Assembly: GCA_907165135.1 (NCBI GenBank)
Contig: OU015568.1
Location: 16,565,208 to 16,629,207, forward strand
Direction: 5' to 3'
DNA: 64,000 nucleotides
DNA from: Oikopleura dioica
Taxonomy: Eukaryota; Animalia; Chordata
Within the stretch, counting starts at the first letter, position 1; each line of letters begins with the position of its first letter. Position numbers and translations under genes: made by a program. The notes beneath the pieces were generated by a model. The model worked only from the letters and a program-made list of their open reading frames with translations. It made no database searches and was not told the DNA's origin. Of this stretch, positions 1-10,648 are shown one piece after another.

Positions 1-492
1 TATGAATTATTCGGAATAATTGAAACCTCGATGATCATTATCTAATTGTTCGGAATATAAGGGGGAGGTGGTCGGTTTAAAGACTTCTTTTTAAAAGCAT
101 AACTGCATGAATTCATTATAAGAAGTTTTTTATTCGCTTTTTTTTATTTCGACTTATGGAGAAATTTTTGGTCAAAGTGGACCCTATTCTTAACAAGGAT
201 TCCGGCCAAATCCTCGCAAATTTTGAAAATTGAACCGGTAAAATATATTTTCGAGACAAAAAGAAGAAGGCAAACCTTGAGAAAAATAAGCGATAAACAG
301 CCGATTTTTGGAATGCTCTCTTGATAAAATTATCGTAATTTTAAGATGGAATCGAAAATTTTCATAAATTAAGTTTCTCCAATAAAAATAGGCTTGAAAC
401 CTAAAATACTCCTTTTTTATCGAGGAATCTTGAGAAGAAATCAAAATTTTAAGAAGTCGAAAAAAATCCTGACCACCTCTCTCTAAGGTAGT

Positions 493-1573
493 TTAAATTT
501 CGGCAAACGTTTGATAGAAGAAATTCTTTACGGTATAAGGAGTTGCTGGAACGAGCCAATCACTAGCTACGAAGAATTGAAGATCCCCAGAGCTTTTGCC
601 GCCGCTTGCAGGATAGCTGCCTGTCCGCATTGTAATCCCATCAACTTGTATTTCGAAGTTCAATTTTGACAAATTGGCATCTTTTCGAACCTCGACGGAA
701 AATGTATACCATTTATCGATGGTGCAGCTTCTAAATTGAGTCCCGTCAGAATGATTCAAATGATCTCCTTCTGGATTATTCGTTTGGATAGTCAATATAT
801 TCTGGTTCGGATTTCGATAAATTGCGAAAGTTTGACTTCCAGGCGTGTTTAGCTCGTTCCCATCAGTCACATGAAGCACATTTCTCGTATTGTCATAGGG
901 CGAATATGGAGCGCAGTATACGTCGGCGGAGATTTTGTAGTTCAACGAAGCAGGTGCGGTTGCTATTTTATTGTTTCTCGATGGAGAGATACCACAAGCG
1001 TCAACGATTACGCTGCAGTTATCAAGTCCATCGCAAGGATCGTAGCCACAAGGCGCCGGAGTTGTCGTTGTTGTTGTAGTTGTTGTTGTTGTTGTTGTTG
1101 TAGTTGAAGTTGTTGTTGTTGTTGTTGAGGTTGTTGTTGTAAATGTAGTTGTCGTTGTCGTTGTTGTCGTTGTTGTTGTCGTTGATGAAAGTGCAGTTAT
1201 AGGTGAGCAGGTCAAAGTCGATCCCATTAAAAGATTTCTAGATTTGTTTAGATTCGAAAATGTGGAAAATTTACCTGTTGATGATGGTAGCCTTGTCATT
1301 ACATCGAGTAACGAATTGCGGTTGGTCAGTCCAGGTAGGCGTGTAGCCAATATCGCACATCGGATTGCAACGGACTTTGGGACGGACCCGATCTGGTTCA
1401 AGATTCGGGCAATGCCAAGATCCATTCTTGATGACGAAAAAGGCTCTGGTCTCTTCAGTCTTAGCATCGCAGATGATTTTCCGCTCAGTTTTTTCCTCGG
1501 CAGTAAGGGATGGCCATTTCGGATTGTTTCTGGCAGAAACCTGTATCGCAAATAAAAATGCAACTAACTTCAT
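493..1573 (-). CDS. Secreted mucin-like protein, copy 1: signal peptide, Cys-rich sushi-like domain, Thr-rich linker, C-terminal ConA/LamG-like beta domain. Exons 1573-1275 and 1237-493 (~347 aa).
   Basis: ATG at 1573 gives a hydrophobic leader (MKLVAFLFAIQVSA). A 37-nt GT-AG intron (1274-1238) joins ORF 1271..1573 in frame to ORF 493..1563 (IINR|NLLMG). A closely similar paralog lies at 2931-4137. Confidence 0.8.
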
Positions 1574-2930
1574 TTTCGTTCTGTATTCAAATTGAGCAGT
1601 TTCTTTTGAATTCAGAATGCCGAGTTCTATCTTTTGGCGTCTTTTTATATAGGATTTTCGACCGAAATGTCAAGACCTTTCTTGTAAGGTGCTTGGTTTT
1701 CTTGAAAAGACGACAATAGTCGAGCTAGAACGCTTTTTTTAAATAAAACGGCAAGAAAAACCGGGTACAATTCGCTAGATTTCTAAAAAAACAAGACAGA
1801 CCGAGGCTTACAACATGTAAACTAGGGCTTAAGTGTCAAAATGTCACGAGAGCCGGCGACAATTTAAGCTCTTTTTAACAAAAACTAAAAATTTTTTAAA
1901 AAGGAATTATAAAATACGACTTATTCGCCTTGAGAAGAGAAAAAAATTGTCCAGATTTTTTTTTAAACAAATCTGATTCTCGATCACCACCCATTTGCAA
2001 TGGCCTATTGCTTGGGTCCGTGCACAAAAAATAATTTTATGACAGATTTGAATACAGTTGACTCGAATAATTTGGACCAATAATAATGCAATTTGAATAG
2101 AAAAATTGAATTTTTGAATTTCTGAAATTGGCATCAATTAAAAAAACGATTTTTGCCAATTTATATTCTAAAGCAAGGAGTATGGAGATGAAAGATTGTT
2201 TTTGTAACAATGTGTGGAGCTCAATAAATTTGAGTTAACTTGTAAGAATAACTTTAAATTGGGAGAAGAAAAACACAAAAGTACGTTGGTTATGTGCGGT
2301 CTAATTATTAGACTCTAATTTAGGATTAAGAGCAAAATTAAGAAAAATAATAAGATAACAAGCAAATTGAATAAGGTATGAATTATACAGTATAACTCGC
2401 ACCTTACAAAATTTGCTAGTTCTCTTACTAACTCTTATTATTTTCTTAATTTTGCTCTTAATTTATACTGTATAATTCCGACCTAAATGATCATTATCAA
2501 ATTGTTCGGAATATAAGGGGGAGGTGGTCGGGTTTAAGACTTTTTTAAAAAATCATGATGTTGGAGAAATTATAGGTCAAAGTGAACCCTACTCCTAACA
2601 AGGATTCCGGCCATCTTCTCGAAAATTATGAAAAGTGATCCGGTTAAATATATTTTCGAGACAAAAATTAAGAGGCCAATGTTGAGAAAAATAAGGCGAT
2701 AAACAGCCGATTTGCTCTGTTGGTAAAAATCGTTATTTAACTTATTTTCACGGAAATTTTAGAAAAAGAAAAAGTACCCGTAATTTTTTCGATTTTTAAA
2801 AATCAAATATGATATATAAACATGAGTTCGCACAATCGTAATTCTCAAGATAATATCGAAGATTTTCATAAATAAAGCTTGCTTAACCTAAGTCGAAAAA
2901 AATTCCCGGCCACCTCTTCTTTAAGAGTGT

Positions 2931-4137
2931 TTAAATTTCGGCAAACGTTTGATAGAAGAAATTCTTCACTGTATAAGGAGTCGCTGGATCCAGCCAATCA
3001 TTAGCTACGAAGAATTGAAGATCACCAGAGCTTTTGCCGCCGCTTGCAGGATAGCTGCCTGTCTTGATCGTAATCCCATCAATTTGTATTTCGAAGTTCA
3101 ATTTTGACAAGTTGGCATCTTGTCGAACCTCGACGGAAAATGTGTACCATTTATGGATGGTGCAGTCTTTAAAAGAATGATCTCCTTCTGGATTACTCGT
3201 ATGGATATTCATTATGTTCTGGTTTGGAGATTGAAATATTGCGAAAGTTTGACTTCCAAGCGTGTTTATCTTGCTCCCATCAGTCACATGAAGCACATTT
3301 CTCCAACTGTCATAGAGCAGAAATGGAGCGCAGTACAAGTCAGCGGAGATTTTGTAGTTCAACGAAGCAGGTGCGGTTGTTATTTTATTGTTTCTCGATG
3401 GAGAGATACCACAAGCGTCAACGATTACGATGCAGTTATCAAGTCTATCGCAAGGATCGTAGCCACAAGGCGCCATAGTTGTCGTTGTTGTTGTTGTAGT
3501 TGTAGGTCTTGTTGTTGTTGTTGAGGTTGTTTTTGTAGTTGAAGTTCTTGTTGTCGTTGTTGTTGTAGTTGTTGTTGTTGTAGTTGTTGTAGTTGTTGTG
3601 GTTGTTGTTGTTGTTTTTATTGTTGCTGTTGCTGGTGTTGTTGTAGTTGTACTTGTTGAAGTTGTTGTCGTTGTCGTTGTTGTCGCTGTAGTTGTTGTCG
3701 TTGTAGTTGTTGTTGTTGTTGATGAAAGTGCAGTTGTTGGTGAACAAGTCAAAGTCGATCCCAACAAAAGATTTCTAGATTTGTTTAGATTCGAAAATGT
3801 GGAAAATTTACCTGTTGATAATAGTAGCCAGGTCATTACATCGAGTAACGAATCGTGGTGTATTCTTTGTCGATTTCGAAATCGAAACATCAGTCCGGGT
3901 AAGCTCGTAGCCAACATCGCACAGTGGAGTACAACGGATTTTGGGACGGACCCGATTCGGCGCTAGATTTGGGCAATCCCAAGATCCATTCTTGATGACG
4001 AAAAAGGCTCTTGTCTCTTCAGTCTTCGCATCGCAGATGATTTTCCGCTCATTTTTTTCCTCGGCAGTAAGGGATCGCCATTTTGGATTGTCTCCGGCAG
4101 AAACCTGTATCGCAAATATAAGTGCAATTAAATTCAT
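2931..4137 (-). CDS. Secreted mucin-like protein, copy 2 (tandem paralog). Exons 4137-3812 and 3774-2931 (~389 aa).
   Basis: Same architecture and the same 37-nt intron (3811-3775) as copy 1, with a longer Thr tract. Flanking non-coding DNA is also duplicated. Confidence 0.8.
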
Positions 4138-5587
4138 TTTTCGTTCTGTATTCAAATTGAGAAAACTCTTTTGAATTCAGAATGCAGAGTTCTATTTTCT
4201 AGCTTCTTTTTATATGCCTTCAATGCATTATAAGTAGGGATTTTCGCACAAAATGTCAAGACTTTTCTTGTAAGTTGCTTATTTAACTTGTTAAGGCGAC
4301 AATAGTCGAGCTAGAACGCTTCTTTTAAGAAAATGGCAAGATAAACCGCGTGTGCTGAATTTCTATAAAAACAAGACAGATTAAGGCTTACAACATGTAA
4401 ACGCGGGCTTAAGTGTCAAAATGTCGCGAGAACGGGCGATATTTTAAGCTCTTTTCAACAAGACCTCAAAAGAAATTATAAAATTAGACTTTTAACGTTG
4501 AGAAGAAAAATAAATTGTTCAGAACCTTTCGAATAAATACGATTCTCGATACCACTCATTCGCAATGGCCTTTTGCTTGGGTTCGTGCACAAAAAAAAAT
4601 GTTTTTCTGACAGATTTGAATAAGTTAAATATAAAAATTTATCAAATCATGCAAACTTATGCATAAAACTTATCCCCCATATATAATTAAGGATGTAGAA
4701 TTCGAATCTTTTCTCAAAGTAGATTTTTAATGTCTAATAACCGATTGGCAGTGTTCTTTACAATAATAACTGCCCTTAATTTCTTAACGTATTTTCTAGA
4801 CCCTTAGAGGGACATTTCTTATAAGGGCATTAATTGTTGTGAACAGGGATGCAAAATCAACTCACCTCAACTTCGACCCAGGTTGGGTTGAAAAACTCCA
4901 ACATATATTCACCCCACCGGCGTGGTCCCTTGCATCTATAGAATCTCGGCTTGACACCGCCTGTGCCTTGGCCTCACGTGCGGAGTGGGCCAACTCAATC
5001 CGTGTTCCCCAATAAAAGGGGGGCCACAATTATAACGGGCAAGTTCTCTAGTTATTTCATTCATTGGCAGATCAAACATTTTGCCTATTCGTAGGACCAA
5101 GTAAATAGCCCGCTTGCAATTAATTAGAGCCAGGCATAAATGCGCAGTCGTAGAGCATCAATAATTCCAACTTGAGATATTTTGTCAACATGTACGGTGA
5201 CAAATGTTCGAACGAATATTCTCGAACTGCGCAAGTTGGCTCACTTCTAATTCTGTCAACCCGCCAAGTATTTACTTCAAAAGGTTCTTCAGATCTAAAA
5301 AATCCGAATCACCTTCAACTGACATATTATCGAGTCAGACGTAATAATTGCCATCATATTGAGGTAACTTTCTTTCCCGAAGATCTCGAGTCGCCACTTT
5401 TCGACAATCCAAGTCACCTTTCGGCTATTGAGTTCCTTTTTGCTCCACTAGTTCTTGACGGAAATCGTTTAATACGAAAATGAACAAGAGAAAAAAAGAT
5501 TTTCAGGCAAACATAAAGGAATGTCTTCCGCTCTAATTCATAGTTTCTGACCATAATAAGTTGTTTTCGGCAAAAGCCAAAAAATAG

Positions 5588-8500
5588 TGTCTCGAATGTC
5601 AATGCGTCGGTTCCCTCAGAAACACCAGCGAAGGAGTCGTTCTCTTTCCAGAGCACATCGCCAGAACCGTCAAGGACCCTGAGAATTACTCCTTCGATGT
5701 GGTCAAAGAAGCAGCGATAAAAGTGATCAAAAATTACGGCATTCAAAAGCTGAAAAAAGAAAAACCGACTCGCAACATTTTCAAGGGGTTTGATTCTTGA
5801 TTTTTATGTAATTTCATTTCTCAATAAGATTTCTGTCCGATGAAATAAACGTCGAGAAAACATCGCGAAAACGCCTTGCGAGACAGTAAGTCTTGCAGAA
5901 AACCGGGTCATCGGTAACTTTTGTTATTTGTAGCGGATTTTCGACGACCTTTCAGCGCACAAATTATCTCGTTTTGGGAAGTATTTTTTGGGTGGCTGTG
6001 ATGGTAACAAGTACGTTCTTCAATCTCTTCGATTTTTTCGTATTACCACACTTACCGCTTGAATTTAGCAAATTACCTTTCAATGATCCAGTCGCGGATT
6101 CAGCCATCTTATCTCACCACTGTCTGCCAAACAAGCTACAAAAAGTGCGTGAAAATGGAGAAAATGGACCTCTGCGGGCATTTGATGCACGAGTGCTTCA
6201 GGACCCGAAACTTTACTCTTCCTTCCCCAGTTCAGCCAGTTAGGCCGACGAGAACCCCTTCCCTGACCTTCACCGACGAAGAAAATCGAATAAACCTGAG
6301 ACGCTGCCAAAAGAAAAAGTTCTACGACGCGAATATTTGTCGTCATTTGTGCTCGCGCTCGCTCGTGCTGCAATCAACTAAGAAAAAGGCCTTTTCAAAG
6401 TGCGAACTGATCTGTTATCAGCTCACCCGCTCGTTCGACTCGGCAGGAGCTGTCTGCCCAGGAGAAAAGTATTGTTCTACTGGCTGCCCTTGCTTGCACT
6501 ACGCTTGCGAGAAGTTGGGAGTTGACGATCAACGGCTCGTTCCCGTTTGGGACTTGGCGAATAGCACCAAACTAGAAGTTCCCGAAGCGGAAAGGTCAAG
6601 CTTGATTTACAGAAGAAGCAAAGACCTCAATCGGGATGAAAAGATCGACGTTTCCAAAACTGTTTTATACGACTACACAGCTACTGAAAATGACAAAGCG
6701 ATGGAAATAGCCCTCCCGGAGCAGTTTACTTCTCATGAAGGTTTTTAGTGATTTTGAAAATATCTTTTATATCACCGATCTTGAAAACCAAGCAGGTTAC
6801 TGGTGCCGTGTTTATTGAGGGGAAGCATTACTTGGTGGATGCAAAAGGCAACATGCTCAAATTTTCAGAGAAGAGCGCCGATCTCGCGGTTTCCATCCCA
6901 AATCGAAAGTTCAGGAGGTCAGTAAAGTGTACCAGGCTGGTACTACTAGCTTATTCAACAGTCTTAAAACCTAACCGAAATTTTAAGCACTGGATACTTC
7001 ATGTTTCATTATGGCTCGTCGATCGGAACGCACTTTATAGAAATACGCAGAAAAGATCAAGGAAGAGACACGTTTTCTGTCGTGGCCATTTGAAAAGGTC
7101 AAAATCAAAATTGAACAAAACAAATTGAAATTTTTTGACCGTAAAAAGTTCGCCTTCGACACGACCCGACAAGTGCTATTACTACGCCCCCGACTACAAT
7201 CTCAATCGTTTCGAAACTGCTCAAGGTAGGAATCACCTTTCGCCGAAACATATCCTTATTCGGCATTTCAGGGTACATTGCAAGTAATCATTTCAACGCC
7301 AAAACATCTTCGATGAGTTGGCAAGGTGTATTTTATTTACTAAGCATCAGATTCTCTGAGCTGTGGATTAAAACATCCTCTACGCGAGCGCTCAATCGGA
7401 TTCGCCCAGGGTTGAAAACTTCGCGGAGCGGAGCGAGCGGATTGAGCGGAGCTCCGGACTTTTTTGGATTCAAATCGCTCATCGCTCCGCTCGCTCCAGA
7501 CAAAAAAACCATGAGTGATGATTTTCAGGACAATTCCAAGACGCTCAACCGTTGAAAAAGGCGATTCAAGATTTCTTGGCAAAAAATAAGATATCTCTTG
7601 ATTAAATATTACAATATCTATTTATCTAAAATAAATATACTCTATTTTTTTAAGTAAATTTTTTCAAAAAAGAAAAAATCGCTCATCGCTCCGCTCGCTC
7701 CGCGATTTTTTCCCGAAATTTTCAACCCTGGATTCGCCAAAGCGAGGAGCTTGAAAAAGGCTGGAAAAAGGGAGAAATCGCCTTTCCCGCGGAATTCAGA
7801 GATCTCGACCCAGTTCACATTCTCCCATTGATTGACCTGGATAAATTGCTCCTCGTTCTAGTGATGCGCAGCGTTCCCCTCTCTAACACGCAGTACTCGC
7901 TGCTTCTCGAAGAAAAAGGCAAATTTCTGACGCTCGGAAGCGAATGGGTCGGATCAAGACTTCGATACCAAACGAATGCGAAATGCTTCTCCGCGCTTTT
8001 CGCCCCGGATGACTTTCAGTACACGAACTTCTGGGGGACGAACAACGACGAGTGCGAATATTTCCAAAACGGATTCGTCCTCAACGATCGATTGTTTCTT
8101 CAAAGCTATGTGTTTGAAGCTACTTTCGAGATTGAATATGACTTTGAAAGATTTGGAATCGAGTATCGCCAACTTGAAGAAGTGCAAAAAATGCACATGT
8201 GCAGCAATCCATATTTTTCATTCCACGACGACGTCTTTCCCGGCTTCTCCAAAAACGCCGTTTCCCAGCCCCGCTTTAGTCCAGCTCCCTTTCCACATTT
8301 CCTGGAACCTTATCGCAAAACCGTCATTCCCGACAATTCCTTTTCTTCCCTCGAAGAGTTTGATCACATCTCTTCAGTGGAAATGAATTTTACTGAAGAC
8401 AGCACTTTTTCGTTCTTTGTGGCGAAAAAGCAGCAGTTTAAAATCCGTCTTGAAATTCTTAAAATGGAGCTCGAAGACGGATCAAATCTCCTCACCATCG

Positions 8501-9817
8501 GCGCTCTCGGAAATGACTCGATCGTTATCAAGTCGGATTTCTTCAAAAACGAAAGAATACTGAAAGCGAATATTCTGAGTTCAAATTGGACACATGTCGA
8601 AATCAACTTCAGCGCGAATAAAACCAATCTCGAAATTCGAGCATCGTCAGAATCGATAAAAGAAGAAATCAAGGAAGAATTTCTTTTGCTCGAAAATCAG
8701 ACGCTCAAGATTTTGAAACTAGATCAATTCACCTTCATCAAGAAATTTTCCTTCTTCAAGACGAATCAGGTAGTTGAAGCAATCGGGCGCTTTGTTAGTT
8801 TGTTCATTAGATGGAGAGTCCAAAAAACAGTATACTCGTGGTTCTCGAAGATTTGCGACTCGTGTACTCAATCTCCGAAGATGGAAAAATCAACAAAAAA
8901 GCAAGCGTTTTCGCGGGACGCAATGACTATGCCCAGTACGCGCAATTTGCCCTGGTAAAGAATCAGCTCCATATTTTCGGAGGACAATCGGACATGAAAA
9001 AAATTGCGCGGCTTGAAGGATGCGTTTTTAAAGAACTTGCTGCGCGGTTGAATTCGTACTACGCGTGGGGAAGCGCTGCTGTGGCTCTCGATGGTGGTAA
9101 CAAAGGTTTGACTAGCAAGATTTCTGTCTGCATGAATGTTCTAGCGCTAATTTGCTTCGACTACTCCCGCGGGGACTCGAAAAATTGCGACCTCTTCGAC
9201 GGCGAGCAGTCCTTGCGAAGCTTCAAAACAGTTTACCAGCATTGGTGGGCGAAACTAGCACTCTACAAAGGACAAGCCACGTCGGTCGGAAGCTACTACA
9301 AAGAAGGCCAGAAAAAAGTGGAAACTTTGGGGACTGACGGCTGGACGTTTCTTCCCGACGCGCCAATGTAAGAAGCCAGATCTATTGCACTCTTCGTGAT
9401 CTTTTTTTGTCTTTAGGGCGACTTGGAGTCATACGTTACTTGGGCTGCCTTCTGGCGCGCTCTTTGTGATCGGAGGATACGACGAAGACCCAAATATTAA
9501 AGGGCTTACGAATAAGATCTGGAAGCTGAAGGACAATGTCTGGTTCGAGGCGGGAAAAATGGAAAAGGTTTGGGAAGAAATTTTTATCACTTCAAACTTT
9601 TTGCTTTCAGAGCATCTCGAAAGGTTCTGCAATCTTGACTGAAAACTCGATTTTTGTCTTTCCGGGCGACGATTCGGGATCAGACGAACATCCAATTCAA
9701 CGGATCGATCTCGAGGATGAAGCTGTTGCTTCCACTACTGTGATTGGAAACAATCCTGGCTATCGCGTTTCTCCTGTGTTGTTTCATACAGTTGCTGGCC
9801 AGTGCGTTACTGCTTGA
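5588..9817 (+). CDS. Multi-exon membrane protein, copy 1 (5' end unresolved): N-terminal TM segment, Cys-rich CPxxxxCxxGCPC domain, beta-rich middle region, C-terminal kelch-like propeller
   Basis: Exons CLECQCVG..EGVVLFPE (5588-), NYLVLGSIFWVAVMV, CPGEKYCSTGCPCLHYAC, LHIFGG, LFVIGGY..IWKL..W, ending PVLFHTVAGQCVTA* at 9817. Collinear with a paralog at 15821-25773. A MITE sits inside an exon at 7407-7730. Confidence 0.7.
7407..7730. mobile_element. hAT-type MITE (324 bp)
   Basis: TIR CAGGGTTGAAAA...TTTTCAACCCTG. 8-bp TSD GATTCGCC at 7399-7406 and 7731-7738. Subterminal GCGGAGCGAGCG/CGCTCCGCTCGCTCC repeats. Absent from the paralogous exon near 23380. Confidence 0.92.
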
Positions 9818-10149
9818 TTAAAAATGTTTGTGCCATTTTTCTGGGATAAATTTAATAGAATTAGCTCAAAGTTAACAATAAGGAATTTTGAAAATTTAAC
9901 AATTTTTTTTCTGAGAAAAATGTTTTATAACAATTCCCAAACTTAAAAAACAGCCAAGATTTTTTTCTTTGTTGTTTTATTTGTTAAAGCTTTCGGTTTC
10001 TGAAAGCTAGCGGCGTGGAAGATGTGTCGGTTTAATCCAAAGCCGCAGCACTGTGGACCAGAAGAGGAGTTTCCAGAGCTTGATCCACTACTCCTCGATG
10101 ATGATTTTTCTGGGATAAATTTAATAGAATTAGCTCAATTTGATCTTAA

Positions 10150-10648
10150 GGGATAACGCCATTTTTGGCCATTTTTGAATAGAAATTCAGCCGATTCGGG
10201 CTTAGATAGACTCGATCTGAGAGAAGATTGAGGTAGAATGGAGCCTAATCTTTAATCTCTAGTACAGAGAGCCCATTTGCTCAAGTCATAAAAAAAATTC
10301 TTAAGAACAACCATCTGTAGCCATTTTTGGCGTTTTTTGGTCATTCATTGCTCTCTAGCGCCAGCAAATGGGCAAATATTCCTAATGCGGTTATTATATT
10401 CTAAATCGGCAGATTCTAAGCTTTCGAAAGACCCCTTATATGGCTTATTTAGATGACATTAAAAAACCGAAAAAAATCCGATTTTCACGCTAAGTACAAT
10501 TTATATGCATTTTTGAAGGCCAAAATCTCGGGGATCGATGTTCGTAAGGGTATCATGTGACACATCAAAATGATCCTCAGAAGACGGGGAATCTAAAAAT
10601 ATCAAACATAGACCCTTATCAAAGAGTTGAAAAAACAGGGGGGATCCC
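10150..10648. mobile_element. Putative non-autonomous TTAA-flanked element (Kolobok-like ends)
   Basis: TTAA at 10146-10149 and 10649-10652 flanking GGGAT...ATCCC termini. Non-coding interior. The TIR is only 5 bp. Confidence 0.4.

Larger units (their letters stand above)
1..4620. repeat. Tandem segmental duplication, unit ~2.45 kb
   Basis: 1-490 aligns by eye with ~2460-2930, and 1574-2100 with ~4138-4620 (shared gggggaggtggtcgg, acaacatgtaaac and caatggcct-ttgcttggg blocks). Confidence 0.85.

Noticed and set aside
822-3966. Plus-strand poly-Cys/poly-Val ORFs and the poly-Asn ORF
   Set aside because: These are shadow frames of the (ACA/ACN)n Thr tracts in the real minus-strand genes.
4860-5040. 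GC-richer island as a tRNA or snRNA
   Set aside because: No A/B boxes, cloverleaf or Sm site recognisable by eye; left unassigned.
5414-5746. Minus-strand 110-aa ORF as a separate gene
   Set aside because: The plus-strand frame here is homologous to the exon at 15821 (QCxG..LFPE), so the minus ORF is probably its shadow.
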